A stretch of DNA of 42,605 nt from Candidatus Thorarchaeota archaeon (GCA_011364905.1 RDNZ01000025.1:1-42605); one strand, 5' to 3'. Positions 28,745-37,882 are shown, counted from the first letter of the stretch. Notes: generated from the letters alone by a model not told the origin. Numbers and translations: made by a program.

Positions 28745-28910
28745 ACAAAACCCCCAACGGTCACATTTGTATCGAACATGATATAAACAACTTATGGAAA
28801 ATTCTCAGTTGCACAGTTTGTATCAGTCCAATAAAGGATGCATTGATAACCTCTCAAGTATTGTTATCAGAGTAGGGATGTAGCAAGACAAAAAAAAGGA
28901 GTATAGTATA

Positions 28911-29129
28911 ATGGGAAAGAAAGGAGTTGCAGCTGGTGTTCTGACCTTCTTAGTGGGTCTGCTTCTTGTCATCGATGACCTTCACGACTTCGTGGCGGTT
29001 CCAGATTTTCTTCATTTCCTACCGGACTTTGATCCCTATTTTGTATTCGGATTCCAGTTGCATCATCTCTACATAGGTGCCATAATCCTCCTGATTGGAC
29101 TGGCAATCGCCATCAAGTATGATGAGTAA
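28911..29129 (+). CDS. Small 2-TM membrane protein with LHHLY motif
   Basis: AGGAG SD, ATG start, two hydrophobic helices. Confidence 0.7.
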   Translation: MGKKGVAAGVLTFLVGLLLVIDDLHDFVAVPDFLHFLPDFDPYFVFGFQLHHLYIGAIILLIGLAIAIKYDE

Positions 29130-29140
29130 GAGGTCTGATC

Positions 29141-29545
29141 CTACTCTTTACTCTTGACTCGAGGCTCGGCTACCACCTGTATCGGGTTGCCCTCAGGGTC
29201 CTTCAGATTAAAGTAGGAGACCATGTCAGGTACGTCATTTATGTCTGATGTGTCGACTCCCTTTCTCTCAAGGTACGTCTTGCATGCATCGAGATCCTCG
29301 ACATCCAGTGTAAGGGTTCCCGAACCCTGCCGGTGTTCACCCTCGCGTATCAGGTTGATGCCCAGTCTGGCACCTTCGGCTGGAAGCGCAAACTCAGCCC
29401 ATCCTACCTCTGCTCCACCATCCCACATGATCTCAAAACCCAGTGTTTCTGAATAGAACTTCTTGGCACGGTCAAAGTCCTTCACCTGGTACTGAAAGTA
29501 GACAGATCCTTTCTTGTAAGGCATTGGCCATTTCTTATCGCCCAT
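29141..29545 (-). CDS. VOC/glyoxalase family protein
   Basis: VKDFDRAKKFYSETLGF, VEDLDA...L..KGV, FNLKDPEGNPIQV. Confidence 0.9.
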   Translation of the reverse strand: MGDKKWPMPYKKGSVYFQYQVKDFDRAKKFYSETLGFEIMWDGGAEVGWAEFALPAEGARLGINLIREGEHRQGSGTLTLDVEDLDACKTYLERKGVDTSDINDVPDMVSYFNLKDPEGNPIQVVAEPRVKSKE

Positions 29546-29653
29546 GACAATCACAATTCTCCATTGCTGAAGGTTATATTTAACTATTGTGAACTCAGAT
29601 TCATTGGTCAGAGTATCTTTATGAGCGTTCTTGTATATATGTGTGTGAGTTTG

Positions 29654-32326
29654 ATGGGAGCTCTCGTTGAGGTGTTAAATCGCAGAAGGCTAGCAATAGC
29701 TCTTGTGGTAGCTATATTCCTAACAGCAGCTGTTCCTATAGATTCTCCAAAGGTTTCCAATCGCATGAATACAGTCGCAGAACCAAAAAGTCTGCAACCC
29801 ATGCAAATAGCAGAGTATGACTCACTTCTCAATTTCTCATCATTTTTTGGAGGAAGCGGAGATGAGTACTACATCTCATCCGACTCTGATGCAGCAGGAA
29901 ACATCTATGTTGCTGGAACAACGGACTCGAGAGACTTTGTGCTTGTCAATCCATTGGATGATGCATTTGAAGGCCGCGGTCCCGAGGGATTTCTGACAAA
30001 GATCAGTCCAAATGGGACAATAGTATACTCGACATATATTGGCGGTACAGGATATGACGAGGTCAAAGACATCTTCGTGGATGATGCTGGGTTTGTATAT
30101 CTAACAGGAGGCACGGATTCAGCTGACTTTCCAACAGTAAATGCTGCAGACGACACCTTGAATGAAGGAGACTGCTTTGTCTGCAAGATCAACCAGGCAG
30201 GTGATGCGTTCATCTATTCCACATTCATTGGGGGCTCCTCAGGTGAAAGCGGTAACGCAATCTGGGTCAACGAGAATGGTGAGGCATATGTAGTTGGAGA
30301 AACAAGCTCGACTAACTTTCCAACGAGAAATCCTTTCGATGGCACTCTAGGTGGGTATAGAGATGGGTTTGTGTCAAAACTGAGTAGGACCGGGAATAAA
30401 CTTCTATACTCAACATTGGTTGGAGGGGGACAGGAGGAGGAAGTGGCGGACATAACGGTCGATGCGGAGGGGGCTATGTATGTGACAGGTACCACATGGT
30501 CAATGGACTTTCCAACAGTGAATGCTAACGACGAGATTAAGGATGGGGCGTATGACTGCTTTGTGCTCAAGATTAATCCCTCTGGCACTACGCTGAATTA
30601 TTCGACCTTCCTTGGCGGCGATGATGTGGAATTCGCACAAGCTATCGGCGTGGACTCTCTAGGACGAGCATATGTACTCGGACATACTACATCGTTTGAC
30701 TTTCCAACTAGACGACCACTACAGCGCAGCTATTCGGGGGGTGTAGATGGTTTCTTGACAGTGTTCAATCCAGAGGGTAGTTCGCTGAACTACTCGACAT
30801 TTTTCGGAAACTCCGGTTCTGAGTGGCCACAAGACATGGTTGTCAACGGTATAGGTAGTGTATATGTATGCGGTTCCAGTAACAGCCTATCGGCTATGAT
30901 TAGAAACTCATACGATTCAAGCTTTAACGGCGGAGCAGATGCATTTGTGTTTCGAATGGACATTGACCGAGGAATTGTACTCCTAGGTTCGTACCTGGGA
31001 GGTTCCTTGCTAGATGAGGCCACGTCAATATCGGTCGGTTACGATGGCACCATGAACGTTGTTGGTTGGACTTGGTCGAACAATTTCCCACTGAGAAATC
31101 CAGTTGACTCCACCTACAATCCCGGTGGTGCCGATGGATATGATATCTTCATTTCTGTAATACTTGACACAACTGATTATGACCTGGATGGAATCCGAGA
31201 CTCTGAAGAGGTTCTACTTGGAACTGACAAGTTCAACCCAGACACTGATTTCGATCTCTTGAGTGACTATCTTGAGGTCTACCAGTTGGGCACCAATCCT
31301 CTTACAAACTGCACCTATGGAAATGGCACCCTGGATGGAGACCTCGATCATGATGGTGATAAACTGACAAATGTCGAGGAACTCTATCAGTATGGCACGA
31401 ATCTTCTGGCCAAGGACACTGACTTAGACCTCTTAGATGACGGGTTTGAAGTCCATACGGTGGGCTCATTGCCAACAGAGTATGACAGTGATTCTGATAC
31501 CCTGTCGGACTGGGAGGAGTACATGGTTTATCATACTGATTGCATGTCGGAGGACACCGATCAGGATCTGATGACTGACAACTATGAGGTCTACTGTGGG
31601 CTGAATCCGCTTATTGACGATGCGAGTGGCGACCTTGACGGAGATTCGTTAAGCAACCTTGAGGAGTTTGAGCTAGGTACTCTTGCAAACAGTACAGACT
31701 CCGATTCAGACCAAATGCCCGACTTCTGGGAGGTCTCCTACTCCCTCAATCCTGTGGTCGATGACTCCAATTTGGACAAGGATCATGACGATCTGCCCAA
31801 TCTGTTGGAGTATGAACTGGGATGCAGTCCGATAGACAGCGACTGCGATAATGACACATTAACTGACGGTTTTGAGGCGCTTGTTCTTGGTACAGATCCA
31901 CTGAATCCGGATTCAGACATGGACACTATGCCAGATCAATGGGAGGTCTATTATGGATTGAATCCATTGCAGGACGACTCGCGTTTTGATGCCGACCTTG
32001 ATGGATTATCAAACCTGAGAGAATATGAGCTGGGTACCAGACCAGACATGACTGATACTGACTTGGACTCGTATAGTGATGCGTGGGAGGTGCTAAATGG
32101 CTTTGACCCAATCAACCCCTATGTCTCATTTTACCAATCTATCTACTCGAAGATTCCGGCTATCCTCACAATAATAGCGATGCCATTGACCATTCCCGGC
32201 TTTTACCTCATTGGCAAACATATGAGAAGAAGAAACGAGCTGGAGAGGAAGAAAGAGAGCTCTAGGGAGATAGACGACCTCCTGAGATCTATGCATGAAC
32301 TGTCTGAGTCTAAAGACGAGGATTAA
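29654..32326 (+). CDS. Cell-surface protein: SBBP beta-propeller repeats, tandem Ca-binding DxDxD (TSP3-like) repeats and C-terminal TM
   Basis: About 7 repeats of YSTxxGG..D.....VD..G..YV.G.T.S.DFP, then many D.D.D.L.D..E...GT.P units, a TM and a charged cytoplasmic tail. Confidence 0.88.
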   Translation: MGALVEVLNRRRLAIALVVAIFLTAAVPIDSPKVSNRMNTVAEPKSLQPMQIAEYDSLLNFSSFFGGSGDEYYISSDSDAAGNIYVAGTTDSRDFVLVNPLDDAFEGRGPEGFLTKISPNGTIVYSTYIGGTGYDEVKDIFVDDAGFVYLTGGTDSADFPTVNAADDTLNEGDCFVCKINQAGDAFIYSTFIGGSSGESGNAIWVNENGEAYVVGETSSTNFPTRNPFDGTLGGYRDGFVSKLSRTGNKLLYSTLVGGGQEEEVADITVDAEGAMYVTGTTWSMDFPTVNANDEIKDGAYDCFVLKINPSGTTLNYSTFLGGDDVEFAQAIGVDSLGRAYVLGHTTSFDFPTRRPLQRSYSGGVDGFLTVFNPEGSSLNYSTFFGNSGSEWPQDMVVNGIGSVYVCGSSNSLSAMIRNSYDSSFNGGADAFVFRMDIDRGIVLLGSYLGGSLLDEATSISVGYDGTMNVVGWTWSNNFPLRNPVDSTYNPGGADGYDIFISVILDTTDYDLDGIRDSEEVLLGTDKFNPDTDFDLLSDYLEVYQLGTNPLTNCTYGNGTLDGDLDHDGDKLTNVEELYQYGTNLLAKDTDLDLLDDGFEVHTVGSLPTEYDSDSDTLSDWEEYMVYHTDCMSEDTDQDLMTDNYEVYCGLNPLIDDASGDLDGDSLSNLEEFELGTLANSTDSDSDQMPDFWEVSYSLNPVVDDSNLDKDHDDLPNLLEYELGCSPIDSDCDNDTLTDGFEALVLGTDPLNPDSDMDTMPDQWEVYYGLNPLQDDSRFDADLDGLSNLREYELGTRPDMTDTDLDSYSDAWEVLNGFDPINPYVSFYQSIYSKIPAILTIIAMPLTIPGFYLIGKHMRRRNELERKKESSREIDDLLRSMHELSESKDED

Positions 32327-33255
32327 CTCTGAAGTGCAGCCAGGATAATCAACGGGAACAGTACTGTTGCATCACCAATGACCGTTTCGAAATTTGCGTC
32401 AGTCTGTACTTTCTGCCATGATACACCCTCAACAAGGGGTGCACCACTCAGACTTCCACCCTCAGGTCGATCAAGTGTTATCTGTATCGCCATATCAAGG
32501 CCACCACGTAGAATAGTGGATCCCATTGTGAAATGCTTTGAGAGACCTCCACCAAGCATAATTGCACCGGTCTTCTTCTGTTCGGTGACAATCGCCCCCA
32601 AAATCCGAAGGTCTTTGACAAAGTCAAGTGCAAGCTTCTTGGTCGTGCTGTAGGTGTAGAGGTGGAACCCTAGCATAGAGTCCATTAGGCCAGGGGAAAA
32701 GATCGGGACATTGTGAGAGGCGGCCTGCTTGACTATAGAGCTCCTGTCTTCAAGGGTGTTTCCGAGTTCTGTAAGGAACTCGCTTGGAGCAAGAGTTGTG
32801 AGTTTCTCTTCTGGAAGACCATCAAGGAAGTCGTAGATGCCCTTCTCGAAGCGTGCAAAGTCCTTCTCGTAAACAAAAATGTCCCCGATTCTGCCCATTC
32901 CAGCAGCCCGGAGTTCAACATCGTCCTTTGAGGAGGGAACCCTGAAGTGGTTGCCCCCATACGCTTCAACCAAGTCATGAACAATGTTTGCTCCACTGGT
33001 GACAATGGCTTGGATGGCTTTCTTCTCCACTAGATGGCGGACAATGCCCCTCAATCCTCCTGGAACCATTGGTCCAGACATGGAGAGATATGTAAAGCAG
33101 TCAGGGTCACCAAACATACGCTTCACAATAGTTGTGGCTCTTCCTAGTCGTCCTGCGCCAAGAACGCCCACATTGTCTAGGGCATTGACATACTCAACGA
33201 TGCTCTTGATTTGAGTCGGCTCGATATGGTTGACCTTGTCCAAAACAGTCACCAT
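32323..33255 (-). CDS. dhs: Deoxyhypusine synthase
   Basis: SGPMVPGG, TSGANIVHD, RIGDI, GGGLSKH, GSLSGA..EGVSWQK (catalytic Lys retained), GDAT. Confidence 0.93.
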   Translation of the reverse strand: MVTVLDKVNHIEPTQIKSIVEYVNALDNVGVLGAGRLGRATTIVKRMFGDPDCFTYLSMSGPMVPGGLRGIVRHLVEKKAIQAIVTSGANIVHDLVEAYGGNHFRVPSSKDDVELRAAGMGRIGDIFVYEKDFARFEKGIYDFLDGLPEEKLTTLAPSEFLTELGNTLEDRSSIVKQAASHNVPIFSPGLMDSMLGFHLYTYSTTKKLALDFVKDLRILGAIVTEQKKTGAIMLGGGLSKHFTMGSTILRGGLDMAIQITLDRPEGGSLSGAPLVEGVSWQKVQTDANFETVIGDATVLFPLIILAALQS

Positions 33256-33299
33256 CAGCGAACGCTCTGCGAATCGTGATAAGTCATTCTGTCAAGACG

Positions 33300-33475
33300 C
33301 ATTGAAAGAACGAGTCCAGGTCCTAATCCGGGAGGGTATGACCTGAACCCGTAAATCCGGAACGAATTCATGGTGACTTATGTTGCAAGGCGTGTTCAGC
33401 CTTTCCACCTCTTTGTGTACAATCAAATGCATGCGTGAGTGGTGGAGAGGGCTCCGAAAGTAATAGGATGACGCA
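33300..33475 (-). ncRNA. Candidate structured RNA (two hairpins) upstream of dhs
   Basis: Stem 33398-33453; 13-bp stem 33310-33322/33340-33352 that needs G-U pairs on the minus strand; ACATAA between the hairpins. Confidence 0.4.
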
Positions 33476-33516
33476 TAGTTCCATACGTTTAAACGCCCAG
33501 ACCTGTGGGATGGCGT

Positions 33517-34152
33517 ATGCAGCTTACTCCCTTCGTCAATCTCGCCTTTGTGATTGTCATTCAGGTCCTTTTCATGCAAATGATCTGGCTTTTCTTGAGT
33601 CGTCGCGCAGAGGGCTCGTATCTCGGGGACATCATGCACTTTAGAAAGCCTTCATCATCCTTGTCGAGATTCTACGACTGGCGTATCTCTAGGTTTACCA
33701 ACGCATTGATTGAGGCGATTGTCTATTTGATCATTTTACTGGCTTCGTTGATACTGGTCTCTGTCGTGTTGGTTGACTTTGCAGCATTCATGGATGCAAT
33801 CCTGTATGTTGCATTTATGGTGTTCTTGTCAGCTATCACTGCCGTGCAGATGGTTTGGCGTGTCAGAGGAATCAATGAACGTGAGGGTAGAATCCTCTCC
33901 TTGGTAAGTACAGCAACAGACAAGGTGGGTCTAGCAAGACAAATGGTGGAAGATCTCATAAGTCAGGGGCGAATGGGCGATGGACGTGTGTGGTTTGCGC
34001 TTTACAGGCTTGCTCAAAGACAGAACAGAGTCGGATGGGCCATTAGAGATGTATTGATTGAGAAGCGCAGTGATCTTAAGGAGCTGCAAAGATATTCTGA
34101 AAGCCAAGAAACTCCTACGTCGCGCGACAAGGGACCCGGGATTGAAACCTAG
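33517..34152 (+). CDS. Hypothetical 3-TM membrane protein with helical cytoplasmic C-terminus
   Basis: Three hydrophobic segments; TTTAAA about 24 nt upstream of the ATG, so probably leaderless. Confidence 0.75.
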   Translation: MQLTPFVNLAFVIVIQVLFMQMIWLFLSRRAEGSYLGDIMHFRKPSSSLSRFYDWRISRFTNALIEAIVYLIILLASLILVSVVLVDFAAFMDAILYVAFMVFLSAITAVQMVWRVRGINEREGRILSLVSTATDKVGLARQMVEDLISQGRMGDGRVWFALYRLAQRQNRVGWAIRDVLIEKRSDLKELQRYSESQETPTSRDKGPGIET

Positions 34153-34229
34153 ACTTGCTAGAGCTATTCAGTAAGTCTTATATCCAATTCCTAAGGCATT
34201 CACGAGAATCCCACTGGGAGGAACTCCGT

Positions 34230-34514
34230 ATGTCAAAGAGTGACGTTCTGAAAGGCCGCAGGGGCGTAGTCACAAGTTACCGTAGGGGAAAGCACCTACA
34301 ACATCCAAATCAAGTGATACTGATATTTGATGATGTGAAGACTAGATCTCAGGCTTCAACACTTGTCGGTAGAAAGGTGAAGTGGACATCCCCTGAAGAG
34401 AGCGAATTCCTTGGCAAAGTACTTGGCCCTCATGGTAACAGTGGTGCTGTTCGTGCAAAGTTCAGGACTAACCTTCCAGGCCAGGCCATTGGAACCCCAG
34501 TGGTTCTGATGTAG
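34230..34514 (+). CDS. rpl35ae: 50S ribosomal protein eL33 (L35Ae)
   Basis: GVVTSYRRGKHLQHPNQ...HGNSGAVRAKF..NLPGQAIG; GGAGG SD. Confidence 0.95.
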   Translation: MSKSDVLKGRRGVVTSYRRGKHLQHPNQVILIFDDVKTRSQASTLVGRKVKWTSPEESEFLGKVLGPHGNSGAVRAKFRTNLPGQAIGTPVVLM

Positions 34515-34556
34515 ACCATCACGAAGTTTTATCAGTTCATCAAACGATGCCTACTA

Positions 34557-34628
34557 GGCTCCGATGATGCAATTGGCTATCTGAGGGCAGAAATGCCCAG
34601 CGACGAGTCATAGTTAGACTGAGGAGCC
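34557..34628 (+). ncRNA. Box C/D 2'-O-methylation guide sRNA, dual guide, targeting LSU rRNA H69 and the adjacent segment
   Basis: GGCTCC/GGAGCC terminal stem; C box ATGATGC at 34564; D' CTGA at 34581; GGGCA-GAAA-TGCCC hairpin; C' GCGACGA; D CTGA at 34619; guides complementary to UAACUAUGAC(UC) and UAGCCAA. Confidence 0.85.
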
Positions 34629-34670
34629 ACTTGCCAAAAGAATCAGTCTGTTTGTGGATGGAGAAAAGAA

Positions 34671-35237
34671 GTGGTTCAGTGGTTGTTGTATTTCTCAGCA
34701 TACTTTCTCGCAGGGCTCTCGCTCAAGCTTGGTGACGACCTACTGGATGAACTTGACAGACCTCAAGCAGCATGGCTACCACTCTCTCTTGCTGGCCTGC
34801 TATTTGGTCTACTCATGACAGTGTCAGAATGGGACCTAGTTCTTCTGACCAGTATTGTGATAGGTGTCTTGGTTTCAGGAAAAGTCAATCACCTGCAGTT
34901 CGTTGTAGGGTTTGCAATGATTATTGGTACTCTGCTGATTATTGGCCTTCCAGCCATTACAAGTTGGCTGGACTGGAGTACCGTGCTCATTATTCTCTTC
35001 TTGGCAGCCGTTCTAGATGAGAAAGGGAATGACTGGGCAGATAAGGACCAATCACCGTTAGCATTCAAGATATTCAAGTACAGATTTGTACTGAAGATTG
35101 TTGTTCTCGGACTGATTATACCATGGCCAATGTTCTTTTCGACTGCAATTGGACTGTGGGTCTTTGATATTGGGTACGAGTCTGCAGGTTGGCTAATCAG
35201 ACACGGTCTTGTAGGCAAGGCTACAACAGACATCTAG
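34671..35237 (+). CDS. Hypothetical multi-pass membrane protein with Asp-rich motifs
   Basis: About 6 TM segments; KLGDDLLDE and LDEKGND motifs; 3' end overlaps the convergent radical SAM gene. Confidence 0.75.
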   Translation: MVQWLLYFSAYFLAGLSLKLGDDLLDELDRPQAAWLPLSLAGLLFGLLMTVSEWDLVLLTSIVIGVLVSGKVNHLQFVVGFAMIIGTLLIIGLPAITSWLDWSTVLIILFLAAVLDEKGNDWADKDQSPLAFKIFKYRFVLKIVVLGLIIPWPMFFSTAIGLWVFDIGYESAGWLIRHGLVGKATTDI

Positions 35238-36203
35238 AAAAACGGGATTCAGACCGCTCTCTCTCGCGAAATCGACTCCCTCCTGACTTATCAGAGCAAT
35301 CCCGTTGACGCCACTCTGGACTGCAAACCGGTCAGTCTCAATCTTGTGCTTGCCCATTGGTCGGGCACATCCTAGGAGAATTGGAACCTCCTTCATCCCG
35401 AGTCTTGCCACTGTAATTACCCGTCCAATCTCCTCAGGCGTTGGTGGAGTAACATTCTCCATCAATGTCTTTCTGATGGGGCTTAATGCGATAATCACAA
35501 CTGCAGCGGGATTTCCCTGAGCAATCAAATCCAGAGCTTGAATCTCGCCAGCAAGTCTTCCGTAATCGAGTCCTACAAGGACATGAGGCACGGTTGGTAC
35601 GCCAAGTTCCTCCAAGATATCAAGTGAGTGTCGTGTTTTTCTCGGTCCGTCTTCGAGGTGGTAGACATTCTTAGAGACACGTTCGTCTCCAATGACATCA
35701 AGCATGGCAGCATCAATCTGTGCCTGTGCTAGACCCTGGGCGGTTTTTTCACTAATCAGACCAGTATGAACCACCACCTCTAGGTCTAGCTCGGTCTTCA
35801 CCCTTTGAATCGAGTCGACGAATCTCTCCAGTGGTACATAGCCCTCTGAGTCAGATCCCCCGCTAATGAGCACACCATCCCCGCCAAGTGCTTTGATTTC
35901 CTTACATCGATCAAACAGACTCTCGGGAGTGATTGTGGATTCCATTCCTTTCAGGAGTCTTCCTTCGCAGTGCTCACACATCAGCGAACACGATGTGCCT
36001 GTTACACTGAGTGAAACGAAGTTTTGTGGGTCTACCTGAGCGTGATCCCTGATTTCGTAAGGGTATGCCGTGGGACTATAGCAGAGAAGGTCATTGCCAT
36101 AGATGGTGAGACGCTGATTCAGTCCCTCTGCCATCAACTCCCGAAAGTCTTCAGATGATACCTTCAGAACCGCAGGACCATCGTTGAGTATTTCAAAGAC
36201 CAT
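35193..36203 (-). CDS. lipS1: Radical SAM protein, archaeal lipoyl synthase LipS1 type
   Basis: SVTGTSCSLMCEHC, LISGG, plus GCAR and C-terminal CC motifs described for LipS1. Confidence 0.78.
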   Translation of the reverse strand: MVFEILNDGPAVLKVSSEDFRELMAEGLNQRLTIYGNDLLCYSPTAYPYEIRDHAQVDPQNFVSLSVTGTSCSLMCEHCEGRLLKGMESTITPESLFDRCKEIKALGGDGVLISGGSDSEGYVPLERFVDSIQRVKTELDLEVVVHTGLISEKTAQGLAQAQIDAAMLDVIGDERVSKNVYHLEDGPRKTRHSLDILEELGVPTVPHVLVGLDYGRLAGEIQALDLIAQGNPAAVVIIALSPIRKTLMENVTPPTPEEIGRVITVARLGMKEVPILLGCARPMGKHKIETDRFAVQSGVNGIALISQEGVDFARESGLNPVFLDVCCSLAYKTVSD

Positions 36204-36330
36204 AGGACCGCCTCAAATCTAATCCAAGATTTTCGGTTTTTAGAGTTGTCATCTATACCAGAGGACAACAAACAAGTACATCTTGAGTTTCTCAAAAACT
36301 CAGCCCCAGTCTAACTGTAGGTGGGATACA

Positions 36331-37761
36331 ATGACTCCTGTGGACATAGATTCAATTGATCTGTTCTTCAATGCGAAGAGTGTAGCAATTTATGGTGCTT
36401 CAGCAAGTCAGAACAGTGTCGGCCAAGCAATTGTTCAGAATTTCATCAAACCACAGTATACTGGAAAAGTCTACGGGGTCAACCCAAAGTATACTCAGGT
36501 TCTGGGGATTCCCTGTTTTCCATCACTTCAGGAGATAGAGGACTCTGTAGATTTAGTAGTGGTGGCAGTACCAGCTAGATTGACACCACGGGTGTTCGAG
36601 GATATCGCAAGAAAGGGGTCTAAAGCAGTCATTGTGATATCTGGAGGGTTCTCTGAAACAGGTCCTAGAGGAGCTGAGATTGAGGATGAGATCGTTGCTA
36701 TTGCTAAGAAGGGCAATGTACGCATAATTGGTCCAAATTGTGTGGGTGTAGTGGATACCCATAGTCACATTGACACCTTTTTCCTACCTGAGTATCGATG
36801 CGGTCGCCCGAAACCAAGCAATGTAGCAAACATATCACTTGTTTCTCAATCAGGAGCATTCGCTGCAGCAATATCAGATTGGACTGCGGAACTGGGTCTT
36901 GGAATAAGCAAGCTCATTAGTCTAGGGAACAAATGCGATGTTGACGATGATGACCTTCTATGCTACTTGGGGGATGATTCTACTACGCAGGTCATCTGTT
37001 ACTATACTGAGGGTTATGACGAAGAAAAGGGTCGATCGTTCTTCGACACAGCAAAGACTGTGACACCGTATAAACCGGTTCTTGTTGTGAAGTCAGGTAG
37101 GGGACAAAGAGCAAAGGCAGCATCCATGTCACATACTGGGTCTCTTGCCGGATCGGACAATGTTGCTGATGCAGCATATAAGCAGGCAGGAATAATCAGA
37201 CCAGGTAACTTCGAACAGATGTTTGATATGGCAAAAGCACTTGCCATGCAACCTCCAGCTAGGGGTGACAGGGTTCTCATGATCACAAATGGAGGCGGCC
37301 TAGGGGTGATGACGACTGACGCTCTTGAGTTACTAGGACTCAACATTCCCACCCCCTCCTCAGAACTTGAAAAGAGGTTCAACGAGAGATTGCCAGCTTA
37401 TTGTGCTGTGGGTAATCCAATTGATGTTGTCGGAGATGCAAACTCAAGTAGGTACGATGTTGTTCTTGAGGAAGCGATTGTAAGTGGAGAATATGATATC
37501 TTCGTGGTAGGTATGCTACTGCAGACACCTAGCCTTGAAATGGATGTGACCAATGTAATTGCAAACCATCAAAGGTCTTCAGGGCTTCCATTTGTGGTGG
37601 TTTCCATGGGAGGAGGCTTCACAACAAAGGCTGGCGAAATAATGGCACTCATGGGCGTACCCACATATGCCACTGGGGAGAAGGCTGCTCTTGCTGTAAA
37701 AGCCCTTGCACAATATGGTGAGATCAAATATGGAGACAAGTTCAATAAGACTGCCACGTGA
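36331..37761 (+). CDS. acdA: ADP-forming acyl-CoA synthetase, alpha subunit
   Basis: SVAIYGAS, IIGPNCVG, SQSGA, SHTGSLAG (phospho-His), TNGGG, NPIDVVGDA. Confidence 0.93.
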   Translation: MTPVDIDSIDLFFNAKSVAIYGASASQNSVGQAIVQNFIKPQYTGKVYGVNPKYTQVLGIPCFPSLQEIEDSVDLVVVAVPARLTPRVFEDIARKGSKAVIVISGGFSETGPRGAEIEDEIVAIAKKGNVRIIGPNCVGVVDTHSHIDTFFLPEYRCGRPKPSNVANISLVSQSGAFAAAISDWTAELGLGISKLISLGNKCDVDDDDLLCYLGDDSTTQVICYYTEGYDEEKGRSFFDTAKTVTPYKPVLVVKSGRGQRAKAASMSHTGSLAGSDNVADAAYKQAGIIRPGNFEQMFDMAKALAMQPPARGDRVLMITNGGGLGVMTTDALELLGLNIPTPSSELEKRFNERLPAYCAVGNPIDVVGDANSSRYDVVLEEAIVSGEYDIFVVGMLLQTPSLEMDVTNVIANHQRSSGLPFVVVSMGGGFTTKAGEIMALMGVPTYATGEKAALAVKALAQYGEIKYGDKFNKTAT

Positions 37762-37882
37762 GAACGGACCTGTGAAACCCAATAGTAAGCGATTTTCTCT
37801 CGTTCACCCATAACAAAAGTGAGAAATAGATGATGATAAAAGGACAAACAAGTCAGCATCATGAGAGAGGCCTGAATCATAG

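Noticed and set aside
37829-37880. ATGATGA...CTGA between acdA and acdB as a second C/D sRNA
   Set aside because: No convincing D'/C' boxes, no recognisable rRNA-complementary guide, and it overlaps the acdB initiation region.
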